NCBI GenBank assembly: GCA_013239625.1
Contig: MU053379.1
Span: 1,482,974 to 1,546,973, forward strand
Direction: 5' to 3'
Source of the DNA: Lama guanicoe
Lineage: Eukaryota
Length of the DNA stretch: 64,000 bases
Shown piece after piece: positions 13,130 to 26,500 of the stretch; the first letter of the stretch is position 1, and every line of letters starts with the position of its first letter. The position numbers were made by a program, and so were the translations under genes. The notes under the pieces were generated by a model that ran no database searches, was not told where the DNA came from, and saw only the letters and a list, made by a program, of their open reading frames with translations.

Positions 13130-13560
13130 ATAATTTATTTAAATCCTCTTTATTGTAGACATTTAGATTGCTCCACAGTTTTTACTGTTGTAAAAACCAG
13201 GGCAGTGAACTCCCTTTTGTGGGGTTTTTGTGCACTAAGTCACTGGTTTTCCACAAGATAGAATCCTAGGAGGTGGAATTGTTGGGTCGTCATGTGCATG
13301 TACTTAGCGCTTTGAAACGTGCGTTGCCGAACTGCGTCCCTGAGTTCCAGATTCACTCTCCATCCCCAGCATGAAACGTCCTTTCCCGAAACCCTTGCGA
13401 AGGCTGAGTGCTATCTTGTTTAACCCTTGTCAACTCGATGCGTCGTAAGTTACATCTCATTGTTTTTATTTGCGTCAGTTTAATTGCTGTGAAGTTGACT
13501 TTTTCATAAGCTTATTAGGCATTTACATTTTTTCACATGTTAAAAAAACTGCTTGTGAAT
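13130..13560 (-). mobile_element. old L1ME-like fragment
   Basis: Degenerate motifs GACATTTAGATTG, CCTAGGAGGTGGAATTGTTGGGTC and ATCTCATTGTTTTTATTTGC. Confidence 0.5.
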
Positions 13561-16500
13561 TTGGATTTTAGATCCTGAAAAGTTTGATTAATTTCTCCTT
13601 TGCGTTTTATATTTTCTTCACCAATTAGTTTTGGGACTCGTATAACTCAGTTTTATGGGTTACATTACTTAATGCAATTTTCTTCATTACTCTCTCAAGA
13701 GGCTGGAGTCCTTCTGTGAGTAATTTACTCATGCATTTGTTTTCTTAAGAATGGGAATGGCCATAACAGTTTCGGAATGCTTGCGAGTTTGGGCATGTCC
13801 TGGCTGACAGGGAATGTCTGGGCCGCCGTCTGTGCCCCTCAGGCCCTGCAGGTCTGCCTTGGGGGCTGGCTGCTGGCTTCCTTCTGTCCGTCTGCACGTC
13901 TGTCTGCATCACGCGGTCACTCCTTCGTTCACCCAGGACCCGGGTCACTGGTGTTGTACCGTGTCCCGCTCTGTCCTGGCACTCAGCAGTATGGAAGAGA
14001 GGACGAGTGCCCTCCGTGTGGATTTCTTTTCTTAAATTTCCCCGATGGTTGGTCCTTCCGGGATGTGCTTGAGCCCATGGGATGTCCTTCTGTAGTCTCT
14101 GCTTTTTCTGTGTCTGCTCTGATCTCTCCTGTTGAAGTTCCTGTCCTACAAATGACTTCTGAGTTTCTGCTCTTTTTGCTTATCACCTTTCCCTCTCCGT
14201 GTGGGAAGGATTACATGAGTTGATTTTTCTGAATCATTATTTTTTCCCTAGTATTGAATCTGTTGTTAACTATATTGACTATCTGAGTTTTCTTTCTTAA
14301 ATGAAATTTAAATTGCTTATTAAAGTAATTATGTACATAATTAAAAATCATATAACACACCAAGGCTTGTGATGAAAAATAATCTTTTCTGCCTGTTTTC
14401 CCTCATCCTTGTCCTCTTCCCTACAGGCAAGCACCTTTAACATATTTTAAGCTATTTTCTTTGGGTACGTTTTTCCATCTACCCCTATGTAATAAACTTT
14501 TACTATTTTGTACTGTATTAAATTTTGACACTATTTATTTCGTGCTATTATAGATGAGGACTTAGCACCCCCAAGTGTTCACTCCACACCCCCTCCAGCT
14601 CTCCTCTGTTTTGATATTATTTTAACTGCATCACTAAGCAGTGTTTATATTGTTGTGACTCTGTGACTCTGGTCACCGCAGAGCCCCGTGGTGTCCTGTG
14701 ATTTTTTTCTTTGTTGTGCAGCCTTTTGCTTTTCTGGGAATGGACGTGTCTTTTCTTCTTGAACTCTCCCTGGAAGTGCTGTCTTTTTCCTCCTGCTCCC
14801 ACACCTCTGTTTCCCAGACACTGTCTCTGAAGGCCCTTCCTGGGGGAGCCCACCCTCCGGGGCCCTCACCCCGGCCGCTCCCTGGCTGCCCAGCGTCCTG
14901 GCCTTGGTTTCTCTCCCAGGTCATATGCAGTTTTTCTCTATCTCATGTCTTCCTCCTTTCTGGATTAGTGTTATTTTGCACAATAATTCTTCATGGTTCC
15001 AAGTCTGCTCTGTTGGCGTTTATACAACGTATAGACCAAGTGGGGCAGAGAAAAGCCCCCCCCCATTTTTTTAAGACTCTTGGAAATTAAAGGAACATTT
15101 TGAATCATTTAAAGAACACTATTAGTTTAAAATGCCCATGAACAGTTTTCTGTTACCAATTACGCACTGGAATACCAAGACTGAAATTGATTGTGTCTCC
15201 TTCAGCGTTACCGCACCCGTGATTATTAACCAGACATGTGCCAGCCGCGAGGGCGATGGTGGCGCAGGGCAGAGGTGGACGTTGACTAAATAGGAGCCTG
15301 TTGTTGCTGCCTGCAGACAGCTCATAGGCGCGGAAGGACGGGTGTAAGCAGGCGGGGAGGAGGGAGAGCCCGGCGCCGGCAGTGAAGGAGGCCGGACTCT
15401 GGCCTCCCAGGTGCCATGGCCACTGCTTCTCTTTCAGGGGAGGGAAATGGTTGCTTCTCGCCCAGTTACCCCCAGCGAAGGAAGAGCCCAGGCCACAGGT
15501 GTGTGGGGGGGCGTCGTGGCAGAAGTGCAGTGGGTGCCTTGTTCCCCAGGGGGGCTAGAGAGTGGAGTTCCGCAGAGTAAGACTCCGCTCTCTGGAGTGT
15601 ATAGTTTGCCGTATGTGGGGGGGACCAGTCTTCTAAGCATTAGCATGTGTGATGACAAGTCACAGGGTTTCACTCAGCTCTGCCCCGGCGTCCCTCCACT
15701 CTGCTGCGTCTCTCAGCACCAGTGTCATCCTAAACATCGCCATTGTCCTCCAGTGTCCAGGCCTGGTGCCCAGCGTAGAACACTGGTCAGCGAAGGGCCA
15801 ATGACAAACAAGTTGCGCGTAACCCCTGATCACATTAAGATGTGGCTTTACTTCAAGGCATTTAAAATACCTCTGGCTTGGATCTCCCCTGGAGGGAGAG
15901 GATTTAGGTACACGTGGTTTATTTCAGAAGTCTTCCCAGGTACATGGGGAGTGGAAGTGAGTGGTGGGGGGTGCCCTGCAAAGGGTATGTGCTGATCCCT
16001 GGGCGCCCTCTGGGGTCCGGGGAGAACAAAGCTCGGAGGTGGCACAGTGTGGCCCACGGAGGCTGGAGCTAGAACCCCTCAACCCTCATTTCACACAGAC
16101 TGAGGTCACCTCCAGAGGTGTTTGCCTCCGGACGCCTCTGCCTGCCCCGTGCCCAGGCCAGCTGGCATCTTCAGGCAGAAGGTGCAGGCGCTCAGGCTGG
16201 AGGAGGCCAGAATCGTGGGCTTGCAGGCGGCTGTCCGCTGACACCGCGGGTGACCCCCAGGCTAGGGGACACAGTGGCCCTGACAGCATCTGCTGTGAGC
16301 CGCTAACTTGGGGGATTTGCAGGCAGCTGCCCTGGGAGAAATAGGCCTGGGCCGACCTCAGTCCCAGGATGGCCTAGAACAAGCCACACCGGGTCCTGAA
16401 GGCCGGAGCCGTGCGGCCTGTGCCCGCACGGCAGAGGTGACAAGGGGAGATGCCGCGGAGTAGGAAGAAAGTGGAAGACGACTGACCGCCCTGCCCTCCC

Positions 16501-19500
16501 CTGCTGCTTTTGCAGGCCTCGGAGGGTTTGTGTGAACAACGGGGAATTGGAAAATAAAACTAGCTTGCACGATTTCAGATGGGCACAGAGGCCTGCTTGC
16601 TTGACTCTATTTTTCTTTTGTAATTCCCACAAAAACCTCAAGCGGAGCTACTAATGTATGGAAACTGGGTACCACGTGTGACTTCGCTTCGTCATGTTTT
16701 ATAAGCAGCCAGCTGATTTAAAAATAACACAACACGACAGCTGACTTAGCGGCAGGCGCTTCGGTGTGTGGAAACCTCTTCCGAATATTCTGTCGGATTT
16801 TCCATTACACGAGGATATTTTTTTAAAAGAAGCTTTCGGAATTATCACATAGTATGAAATCGTATCAAGTTCCACTTCGATAAAACAGGTCGCCCAAACA
16901 CAAAGTCCAGTCTTAAAACATGGCTCGGCCAACTAGAGACTATCTTGTGGAAGGAGATTTCCACAGCTTGTTTAAAGTTCCGCAGTGGAGTCACTCCCCG
17001 TCTTCCCAGGTTTTTGCCGGAAAATTCATTTGCTGGCTGGACTTTGCCTTCTCTTCCTTCCCCTCCCCACCCTCGGCCACACTGGCCCATCAATAGCAGA
17101 AAGACACAGGGAGGAGCAAAAGGTCATGGGCCAGGGGTTTCCAAGAGCTCAGGAGATGTCCCGCTTCTGAAGGGGGCGACATGAGCATCGGACCGGGGTG
17201 GGAGTGCCCCTCCCGGAGTTTGGGTGCAGGTCTCCATCTGTCCCTACGCCGCCCCCGTCCCCAGGGTGTCCCGGCCCACCGAGGAGAGGCAGTGGTCTGT
17301 TCTGGTCGCCGTGCTGGGACCTGTAGGCTTTCCTGCGTCTCACAGCGGTGCTGGAAGGTGGCCCGCGGTGTGCGGGGCTGAGCAGAGCACACGGGGCGCA
17401 GGGAAGTCTGGTGGCTTCACCACACCCGGGGAGGCTCACCGTCGCTGGAGCATTTCTGTGCTTGGCAGCACGTTTTGCTCAGGTATTGCCTTGAACGTGC
17501 TGGTTCTTCAACAGACAGTTATCTGGTGTCAGCTCGTTTTGATTCTCTGCAGGGTGAGGGGTGTCGCACCGGCCAGTTTAAATGACTCCATGCAGTCGGG
17601 GCATCTTTTGCTGGTGGTGGGAGTTGGTGGCCACAGGAAAGACAGTGAGCATTGTGGACTGAAGGTTCTAAAGCTATTGAAAAGGATTCACAGGCTGATG
17701 GGTTTGGGGGCATTTTGTCGTTTAACTCCCATCCGTCCTTCTCAGGGGACGAGCCAGGCATGTCCTTCCTTTTGCAGATTCCCGTGGTCGCCCACTTGTG
17801 CCTCCTGACATCAGCAGGGCCGCAGGTGTGGGCCAGCACCCTCAGAGTCATAACACCTTGTGGTATTTTAAGACGTAATTGCACAGAGTCATTGGATCTT
17901 TATGACTTGCACCGTAAGACTGCTTGGAATCTTTGCAAGGGGTTGGTTGGAACAGAACTTTTCCATCTACACCACGCTCTATAAAAATCCTCGTAACTGA
18001 CTTCATGGGGCTCGAGCCTTTCTTTTGTTATTTTCTTCCCTCTCTAATTAGATTTTGCTTATATGCGGGACAGAACAGTCTGGCAGGAAATAACCGGCAT
18101 TAAAATAACTCAAAGACAGGGCTGGACCCGGCATCGTCCTGGCAAGAACACAGCGGGGTTGGCTGCCCCGGACCTGCGGCTGACCTCCGAAGCCCCCGTC
18201 TAGGTGAGCGTTGGCTCCAAAGGAGACAGGTTGGCTGGAAGCTTACCAGGAGTCTGGAGGCCTGGCCGTGGCCATGAGCTCTCTCTGAACTGCCTCCACC
18301 TCCATCGTGCTCAGAAGGAATCTGGGAATAATAATATCTGTGCTTGACTTCTCGGAATGCTCAGGGTGACAAATTGGTTGTCGCAATCCAAGGGGTCATT
18401 AATTTCCCTAGTGTGAAGACAGACTTTACAGGGCCGAAATTAGAATTTCAGGTTATGTGCATGAGCCCTTTGAGGAAGGAGATGCTCCTTTTAGTCAACT
18501 ATAGTCTAAAACAGAGAAAGACCTGAAATGGTTTTTGTTGGACTTAGGAAGGAGAACGTACAGAAACACCTACAGGAAGCTGTAATTTTTCACATCATTT
18601 CCCCAAATTGTGCTGGGAGCAGGTTTAAGACACCATCTCACTCTGAATGACCCTTCCATCAGGGGTCCCTGAGCACCTGTTTTATTCTGAAATGACTTGC
18701 AAAGAAATAACTTTTCTAGAACCCGTCCAAACTGCTTTAGGATCCATCGGCCTGCTGGTTTGGGTGTTCCCAGAGGGCCCACCCTGGCACTCCGGCCTCC
18801 ACGTGTTCCCTGCTACGATGCTCTGATGCTAACCGCTTTCCTGGGTTGCCCCCTGCACGGGGCTGTCCTGTATCAGACAGGGCCACCTTTGAAGTTCAAA
18901 GCTGCTTGTGCCAGCAGGGAAGGAGGAGCCAGGAGGATGACTGTGTGGTGCAGGCAGCCGACGGCGGCTTCTCCACAAGATGTTGATGGAATACAACTGT
19001 TACTGGATTGTTCCGAGCAAATGGGATGATGCAGGTGGAAGTGCAAAGTGGGGTTCCTGTGGGGGCCACACCTACCCTGTTGGCTGCATGCTTAAAAAGA
19101 AATGGGAATGCCCTGGTAGGGCCCAGGGGGAGCTGTCCTCTCCAGCATGGCCGCAGTCTCCACTATGCCCTATTGCCTTATACAGTTACTTCACTCGCTT
19201 TGCTTCTGCCTGGTCCCTCAAGGCATTAAATTTGCAGGCCCTGTGGGAGAGCATGGTAATTTTGTATTCAGCTAGTTTATTACATTGGGCAGTTAGGGCA
19301 TGGTCATCTCAATTAAGAAGAAAATCCTTTATTTTTCTCAGTGGACTTAAGCCTGAGTTAGGGAGGTTGGATCTAGATATTCCAGACCCTCCTGCTTCGG
19401 CTCCCCTTCCAGAGATCCGCCACCAGAGGTGCAGGCCGGCCATGGGATGGTCACCTGGCCCCTTGCGCTGTCCAGGGTCCAGAGCTGCCTTTGGAAGGTT

Positions 19501-20699
19501 TGGGTTGCTCTTGAAGGCCCCAGAGCCAGTACGATCTGGACACTGTCTCCTCTGCCATGTGGACATGCTCAGTTGGTTAAAAAACAAGCCAACAGACAGA
19601 AACCCCAAAGCGCTCCACTTCGGTGTCCATAGGTCCTGCGTTCACGGACCTGCAGTGGTTTCATCCGCCACGGACACCTGCATTTGCAAGCTGACGACAT
19701 TCTGCACAAGTCCGCATGCAGCACCAGTTTCTCTCCTTCCTCCTTTTCTTTCTTTCCAATTGTCCCCCCCCCCCAAATCCAACTGCTTTCTTGACTTGAG
19801 ATGTAAATTCCACATTTTAGCTGCATCGGATTCCAAGTTTTCCGAGAAAAGGCTTAAATTTATTAGGTTAGTTCACAGTGTTCTCACTGAGAACTTTTAC
19901 TTGGAGGCATCGAACCACATGTGGTTGGGGTTGTTTTAAGATAAATAACAAAAGAGAATCAGTGTTCTCTGTCGGGCTGTGCCTGTTACTTCACACATGA
20001 TTTACAAGCACGGTCCATGGTGAGACGGACAGGGCTGGGGTGGAAGGTCATGTCGATGTGTGTGCAGGTTTGCACGGTGTTGATGGCACCTCCAGGTCAG
20101 TGCAGAATCTGATGGGTGCTGTGGGGACTTGAGAAGCCTCTGGGAAGCCTGTTTTAATCGGGAAGTATTCCCCATCACCCTCCCAGGACCTGGCTTCTCA
20201 ACAGCGTGGAAGAGTAGAGAGTGAATAACTGGCTGCATCACAAGCAGGCCTTTGTGTGCGACTGGCGCCCAGCAGTGGGGGGGCCTTGGTTTGGTTCTGT
20301 CACTGGTGATACTCACATTGTTGTAGTATTTAACCTCCAAAGAGGGGAAACAAAGCTGAGAGGGCCTCTTTTTAAAATAAAAATTGTGCTTTCTCAGCGT
20401 CTTAACTTGGAACGCGCCCATGATTGTGTGTGTGTGTATAAGGTGTGTGTGTCTACAGGTACCTGTGCATGTGATGCACATGTGTAAGCACATGGCGCGT
20501 AAGCACACGGCGTGTAAGCACACGGACAGACACTGCCGTGCTTGTAAACTGCTGGCAGCAGAGGACAACTTATCGCAGCTCATTGCAGAGCGTCGATTTC
20601 CAGATGTTTGATTTCATGAGCTAGGTGCACAGAAAATAAAGGAGGAAGGGGTACAGCATGGATTGCCAACTTCACGTTTTCTAAGATATTAGAAACATT

Positions 20700-20815
20700 T
20701 TTTTGGTGATGTTAACTAGACTTATTGTGATCATTTTTCAATATATACAAATATTGAGTCATTATGTTGTACACCTGAAACTAATATACTGTTATATGTC
20801 TATTACATCTCAATG
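20700..20815 (+). mobile_element. short L1 3' end (L1MA9-like)
   Basis: GATGTTAACTAGACTTATTGTGATCATTT...TGTACACCTGAAACTAATATA, the same motif as at 50670-50843. Confidence 0.65.
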
Positions 20816-21413
20816 AGAATCTTTTGTAAAATAACACATAACAAAGTTTACCATCCTACGAATTTTTACGTGTACAGCCCAGTAAGGTCAAGTACCTTCA
20901 CACTATGCAGTCCAAGCTTATTTTGCAAGAAACAGAGCAAGACGGAAGCAGCCCGATTTACTGTCCCAGTCGTTTCATAAAAGAAAGCTTTTTACACCAA
21001 AAGGGAAACAAGAAAAGAAGGCTGGCATCTTAGATGAAGAAAATTCCTCCGGAATGTGTGGCAGAATAGCATGGAGAAAAATCATTGTTCACGGAAAAAT
21101 AATAGTGCCGAGAAGAGTCTAACAAGGAGCTCTGTGTACCCATTACTTAGATTTAACCAGTGCTCACGTTCTCCTTTCTCAGGATGTGCGAGGGTCGAGT
21201 CATCACATTGTACACCTGGAACCGACATCATGTCGTACACCAGTCACATCTCGATTAAATCAGCGCTAACCTTCGTCGTCTTTGCTCAAGGGCGTCCCTG
21301 CTCAGAGTGCCGGGCAGGGGCAGCGTGGCACCTGGCCACGGCGAGCCAGAGAGCTCGGGCCGCAGGGAGCTCAGCTTCGCCGTGGGGCACACAGATCGGT
21401 GGTGATACTTTTT

Positions 21414-21687
21414 TCTTTTAACCATTTTTTAATTTACTTATGTATTTATTTTACAGTATCATACTTTTAATTGAAATATAGTTGATAAGACAGTGTTGTA
21501 TGTTACAGGTATACAATGTAGTGACTCCCACACTGTTAAAGGTTATACTCCGTTCACAGTGACTGTGAAATACTGGCCGTACTGCCCATGCTGTGTGTAC
21601 TTCCTTGTGGCTTATGCCATACCTGACAGTTTGTCCCTCGTCACCCTCCCCCTCCATCTCGCCCTCCCCCCACCACGGGTAACCTCA
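21414..21687 (-). mobile_element. 5'-truncated L1 with 15-bp TSD
   Basis: L1 3'-end sequence (TTAATTGAAATATAGTTGAT...) flanked by GTGGTGATACTTTTT at 21399-21413 and 21688-21702. Confidence 0.85.
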
Positions 21688-23407
21688 GTGGTGATACTTT
21701 TTCACAGATACTTTTTCACAGAAGACTCTTCCGATGAAGGAAGCTGTGTGCCGGGTTACATCCTGGCACGAGTGTCTTCCTGCCGGTGGTCCGCGTGCCG
21801 GCAGCGAGCAGTTCACACGTGGCAGTGGTCAGCAGCCCCACTCTGGAAGTTCCTACAGAAGCTGAAGTTGACAGCTACAGTCGGAGCCCAGATGCGTTCA
21901 TCGCTCTCTGGCCCCATTCTCTTCTCTCTCTCCCCAGAGTTAACTCGTGTGCTCTGTCCTGCATCTGCCCATTAGCGACATGTAGGGTTTTGTGAAAATG
22001 GAATCCTACTATGATAGTTGCTGAAACTTAATTTGGTTTGCACGACATGGGATTAAAGGCTTATCTATGTTGGTAATGTAGATCTGCTCTGTAGTGTCAC
22101 CCTGTGTGACCGGCCACTCCGTAGCTGCCTGTCCTCCTATCAGTGGACATCTGGGCTGTTTCTGGGTTTTTGCTGATTCAGACGACACTGCGGCACACAA
22201 ACCCCCAGGCGCCCTTCCTGTGCACACAGGGGGCTTATCTGGGAAGAGTCACTCAGTCCCAGGTGAAGGCAAGTCTTCATTTGCAAAGTCTGACCAGCAT
22301 GTTACCTGGCCTCGTTGTGCAGCTGTGCGGTACCGGGGGCGTGGGGAAGAGAGTCAGTCAGTCTTTAGTAAGTTTGGTTTTCTGGACCAGCCTGAGAGCT
22401 GCTGGTTGGTGGTCTGTCTAGAGGTTTAGCTTGAGCTCTGCCTGTAGCCAAGCAGTGACCTGGCAGGTCGGTGGCAGTGGCTCTTCTCGTCTCGGGACGT
22501 GGGCAGCAGCCTGCCTGAGCGCCCCCTTCCAGGGGAGTGGGGGACGCCCACGGACCCGGCCTGGGAGGCGCAGGAGACGGGGTGTCGCCGTCTGTCGGGC
22601 TTTGTTACAGGTGGCTTCTCTGGTCCAAGAGGGCGCCACGGGCCGCAGTGTGGCCCACTCCCCTGACCAGTCTCTCAGAGGCCTTTCTGGAGTGGCCGCG
22701 CCGAGGCCCAGGGTGTCGGTTGATCTGTCTCCCCGCCGTCTAGCCTGTGGTCTCTGAACAGGTTGGGGAGGCCACCAGGGGAGAAGTGGCCCCAGGTTCC
22801 TTGGGGGTTTGGCGCTAGAGGCCTGTCCCCCGGGCGGCCTGGAGGAGGTTGGCGAAGGCCTGGTGGCCAGTGGCCCGTGTGGCCACCACGCAGCCTGCTG
22901 GCTTCAGTCCCAGGGAACAGACGGAGAGGTGGGACGCTGTCTCACCCTGCTTCACGCGCTTTGCTCGCAGCCTTCTCTCTTACCTTCAGCAAAGAGTGGA
23001 GTGTCTTGATCACTTTTTGGAAAACAGTCAGTGGGAAGACAACTTGGTGAGAAAAAGCTATAGAGACATCAAAGGGGGGAGATAAGAGACTGGGGCCCTT
23101 CGTTCCCTGGCTCCGCTCGGCCTGTTGGGGAGGCCTGTCCGTGGGCCGACCCCGGACACCGCAGGGCGGGCCGAGCTCGGGGGACGCGCGAGGGCGACCA
23201 CACGCCTGGTGTCTGTGTGAAGGCTTCGCTGCTCGACTGTGAACCGCCGTGTATCGCCTGGCACTTGGGAAGCCCGGGGGGCACAGGTTATCGGACAGAA
23301 AGCCTTTCGGCGGTGGCTGCCTGTGGGGTGATCGGGGTTTGGGGTATACAGGCACACGTTCATGTTCGTAAAAGAATTCTTTTTTCTTCTTTTCGTTTAA
23401 TAACCAG

Positions 23408-23560
23408 CTGTCCAAGCTTGAAAAACAGCAGCAGAGGAAAGAGAAGACCAGAGCCAAAGGGCCTTCCGAGTCCAGCAAGGAAAGAGCCGCTCCTCACAAA
23501 GAGGACCGCAGCGCCAGCAGCGGGGCCGAGGGGGACGTGTCCTCCGAGCGGGAGCCGTAG
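23408..23560 (+). CDS. DTD1: D-aminoacyl-tRNA deacylase 1 (DUE-B), last coding exon (C-terminal 50 aa plus stop)
   Basis: A polypyrimidine tract and CAG acceptor end at 23407. Phase-0 translation gives LSKLEKQQQRKEKTRAKGPSESSKERAAPHKEDRSASSGAEGDVSSEREP*, matching the recalled mammalian DTD1 C-terminal tail. TAG is at 23558-23560. The exon continues 19 nt to a CAG|GTAGGA donor at 23579/23580. The gene order with SCP2D1 agrees. Upstream exons lie outside the window. Confidence 0.96.
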   Translation: MSKLEKQQQRKEKTRAKGPSESSKERAAPHKEDRSASSGAEGDVSSEREP

Positions 23561-26500
23561 GCGCGGGGCCCGCACTCAGGTAGGAGGGCGCCCCCTGCAG
23601 GGCCACCTCGACGCCTCACACTCCAGGCCGACAGTGATGGATAGAGGAGAGACCGGCTTTGGGGGCAGAGTCCTTGTGTGGACCCTCATTCGCGGCCTCC
23701 TTAAATCTGCTGCCTTCGGGGTGGAGGGAGAGTTGAGATGCGGGGGTGGTTGCCCAGAGACGGCTGTGTGTGCCCGAGTCCGCGGCCACCGCTGCTGCTG
23801 TCGGCGTTTCCAGAGTGTTCGCAGGCGCGTGGTCCAGACCAGGAGCCCCGCCCCGTCCAGTCTTGTTCTCGTCATTCCCTGCCTCGAGTTTCCCACCCCC
23901 CCTTCGTCCCGCATGGGGCGACCAGTTGACTTTTCCTGAAACTGGGCTTTATTCTTGTCCCTCCCAGGCGTGTGTCCCGGTTCCCTGTAGCATGGATTCC
24001 ACCTCCCTGCCTGGCAGTCAGAGGCCTCTAAAGCTTGGCCCAGCCATCTGGTGGCCCTTTGCTCAAGTCCGTGCCCCCAGGGAACACATTCTGGAGAACC
24101 TCCCACCTGCCGGAGTTCACAAATTCAGGGAGGACTGTGGAAGTGATTCTGCCACAACGGGGGGTGGGGCAGGGTGGAGAGGGACGCCCGGGAGGCCCCG
24201 GGGAAGGCGGAGCCTGGAACGGGACCAGGAAGGACATACAGAAATGGGGAGATGGGGGGGGCAGGGAGCTGCCTAAGCCCAGGGAAGAGCAGGTGCAGAC
24301 TTCGGGGGGGAGCGCAGGACAGACGAGTTCTGGAACGGAGGCGGTGAAGAGTGGTCCAAGGCAAGTGTTGTCTAGGGAGCTTCTCTGACGGTGGCGGAGG
24401 AAGAAGTTTCCGGGTCATAAAGGGTCTGGTGTGCAGCTCTTAGACATTTGGGTTTTGTCCTGGGGTGATGAGGGACCTTGGAAAGCTTTTAAATGCACAA
24501 GTGACAGAATCTGATCCAAAGTTTAACAAGATCAGTCCGGCAGCTGTGGGGAGCAGGCTGGAAGCCACAGGCCAGTTGCAAGGCTGTTGCAGAAATCAAA
24601 GGAGAGCTGGGCATGCATTTCGGAGCCTTCAGCTCGTAGACTGCGGTCCAAATCAGGTCAGCCGACGGGTTCGTCCTGGCGGCACCAGATGGTGAGAGAG
24701 CGTTCGTGGATGGTTTCCACCCTGAGAACAGGGTGGGGTTAGGGGTCTATCTAAGAAAGCAGTCCATGCTGGGTCACACGTCGCCTGGTGTTGACACAGA
24801 TCTCAGAACCTACAGCGTGCTGGGTGCAGTGGGACCAGCTTGCAGCCCTGAGCAGAGCCACGGGGCAGGACAGGGGTCTTGGGAAGGATGGGGTCATTGA
24901 GTCACAGTTTTAACGGGGGGCTGTGCTGGGTAATAAATCCTATAGTGTCCCGCTGACTTTCCCCTGGTCACTGTTTCTGTCCGGGTGGCACTGCAGGGAG
25001 GTGACAGCTGCACTTACTGGTCTGGCCTCACGTGTCTCACTCACTCACGTGACAGTGAAGCAGGGGTCGGGGTGCCCCTTCACCCTCAGCCTCATTGGCC
25101 ACAATCACAAGCCCCACCTTTTTCTTCATGTTGATGTGCTTGCCTGAAGCCATTGCTTCTTACATGAGGTGAAACCGTTGCTATGAGTTAGGGAGAGTCT
25201 CCTGAAATGTGGTATTTGGTGCATAAATCAGTTGTGTATTCATGAATGCACAGTAACGTTCTGTGTGGCATTTGTGTCACATGAGACTTCCATTCCCGCC
25301 CCCTCCAAGGCTTTGCGAGGATTTGCTCATCATTGAGCTGGTCAGCTTTGTCACCAGAAATACTGCTAGTGCTCCCGACTTACAGCCTGTCCAGACATCC
25401 CGAGTCCGGGGCCGCAGTGTGCGCCGTAGGGCAGTGCGCAGAGTGGCTCTGGAAGTCAGCCTTGTAGTTAGGCTAGTTCGGTGGGTCTGGCAGTAACTCA
25501 GAAACTCGTCGAGTGCTTCTGTGAATCCTGCCATTTCTGCATGGCAGTGAGGAAGTTATTCAGTTTCTGCTCCCTTGGTTTTCCGTCTATTAGCCAAGCG
25601 AGTAAAACTCAGGCCCTTCAGTGCCGTTGGGAGAGGCAGGCGGTCACGAGGTGCCCAGCGGGCCGGGGCGGGGGCAGGCAGAGGGGCTGTGGATGGACAC
25701 CATGTGCGGGCCGTCCCCGCTCCACGGTCCCCCCTGTGAGTAGAAAGGGCGGCAGGACACGGTCGCCAGCGGGCAGAGGAGGGAGGGAAGGCCTGGCCGG
25801 CCCATGGGGGTGCAAAACGGGGCTGCGTTGGGCCCACTGGGCTGCCCGTGGGTCTTGGGGGTATGGGTGAGGTGAGCCCTTGAGGCTGTGAGACACAGAG
25901 GCCAGGGGGGCCATGGCCTCAGCCCTCAGATAACACTGACGGTGCCTGCGGGTCTCAGCCGTGCCCTCCATGTGGCCTCTGGCTGAGATGTGGGGCTCTG
26001 GCATGCTAGTGAGCCCCAAGGGGAGGCCAGGTGAGCTGGGGCCTCTGGACCCTGAGCAGCCGCGTGTCCCTCGGTGCCGTGTGCAGGGCCCCGGTGCTGA
26101 GCCTCAGAGGCTCTGAGGACGTGGCTGTTTTGACACCAAGCCGAGACAGACTTCCTGTGCCTTCAGGATCCTGCCTGCTGCCGCTCAGTGGGATGGAGGC
26201 TCCCAAGAACATTTGGATAGGCCCACAGAAATGCAGGAGCCATGTTTTCCCTGCACATTTATGTAGTACCGTCTGGGCTCTTTTGGACCAAGAGCATGAA
26301 GAAAATCGTTCTTTGTTGACAGTTTAAGGCAGGTGTCCAGTTGCAATTATTCAAAGCAGAGGCGGCAGCAGAGGGCTGGGGGCTGGTGCAGGCACGCAGG
26401 CCTGGGTGGCAGTGAGGGGCCCTCGGAGACACCCCAGCCAGCGAGGACTGGGGAGCGGTGGGGTTTGAGCCATGCTCCCGGATTTGCAGGCCCCAAGGGG

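Noticed and set aside
23217..23939. 240-aa + strand ORF overlapping the DTD1 exon
   Set aside because: It is in a different frame from the real DTD1 peptide and runs through both splice sites. It is explained by GC-rich, stop-poor sequence.
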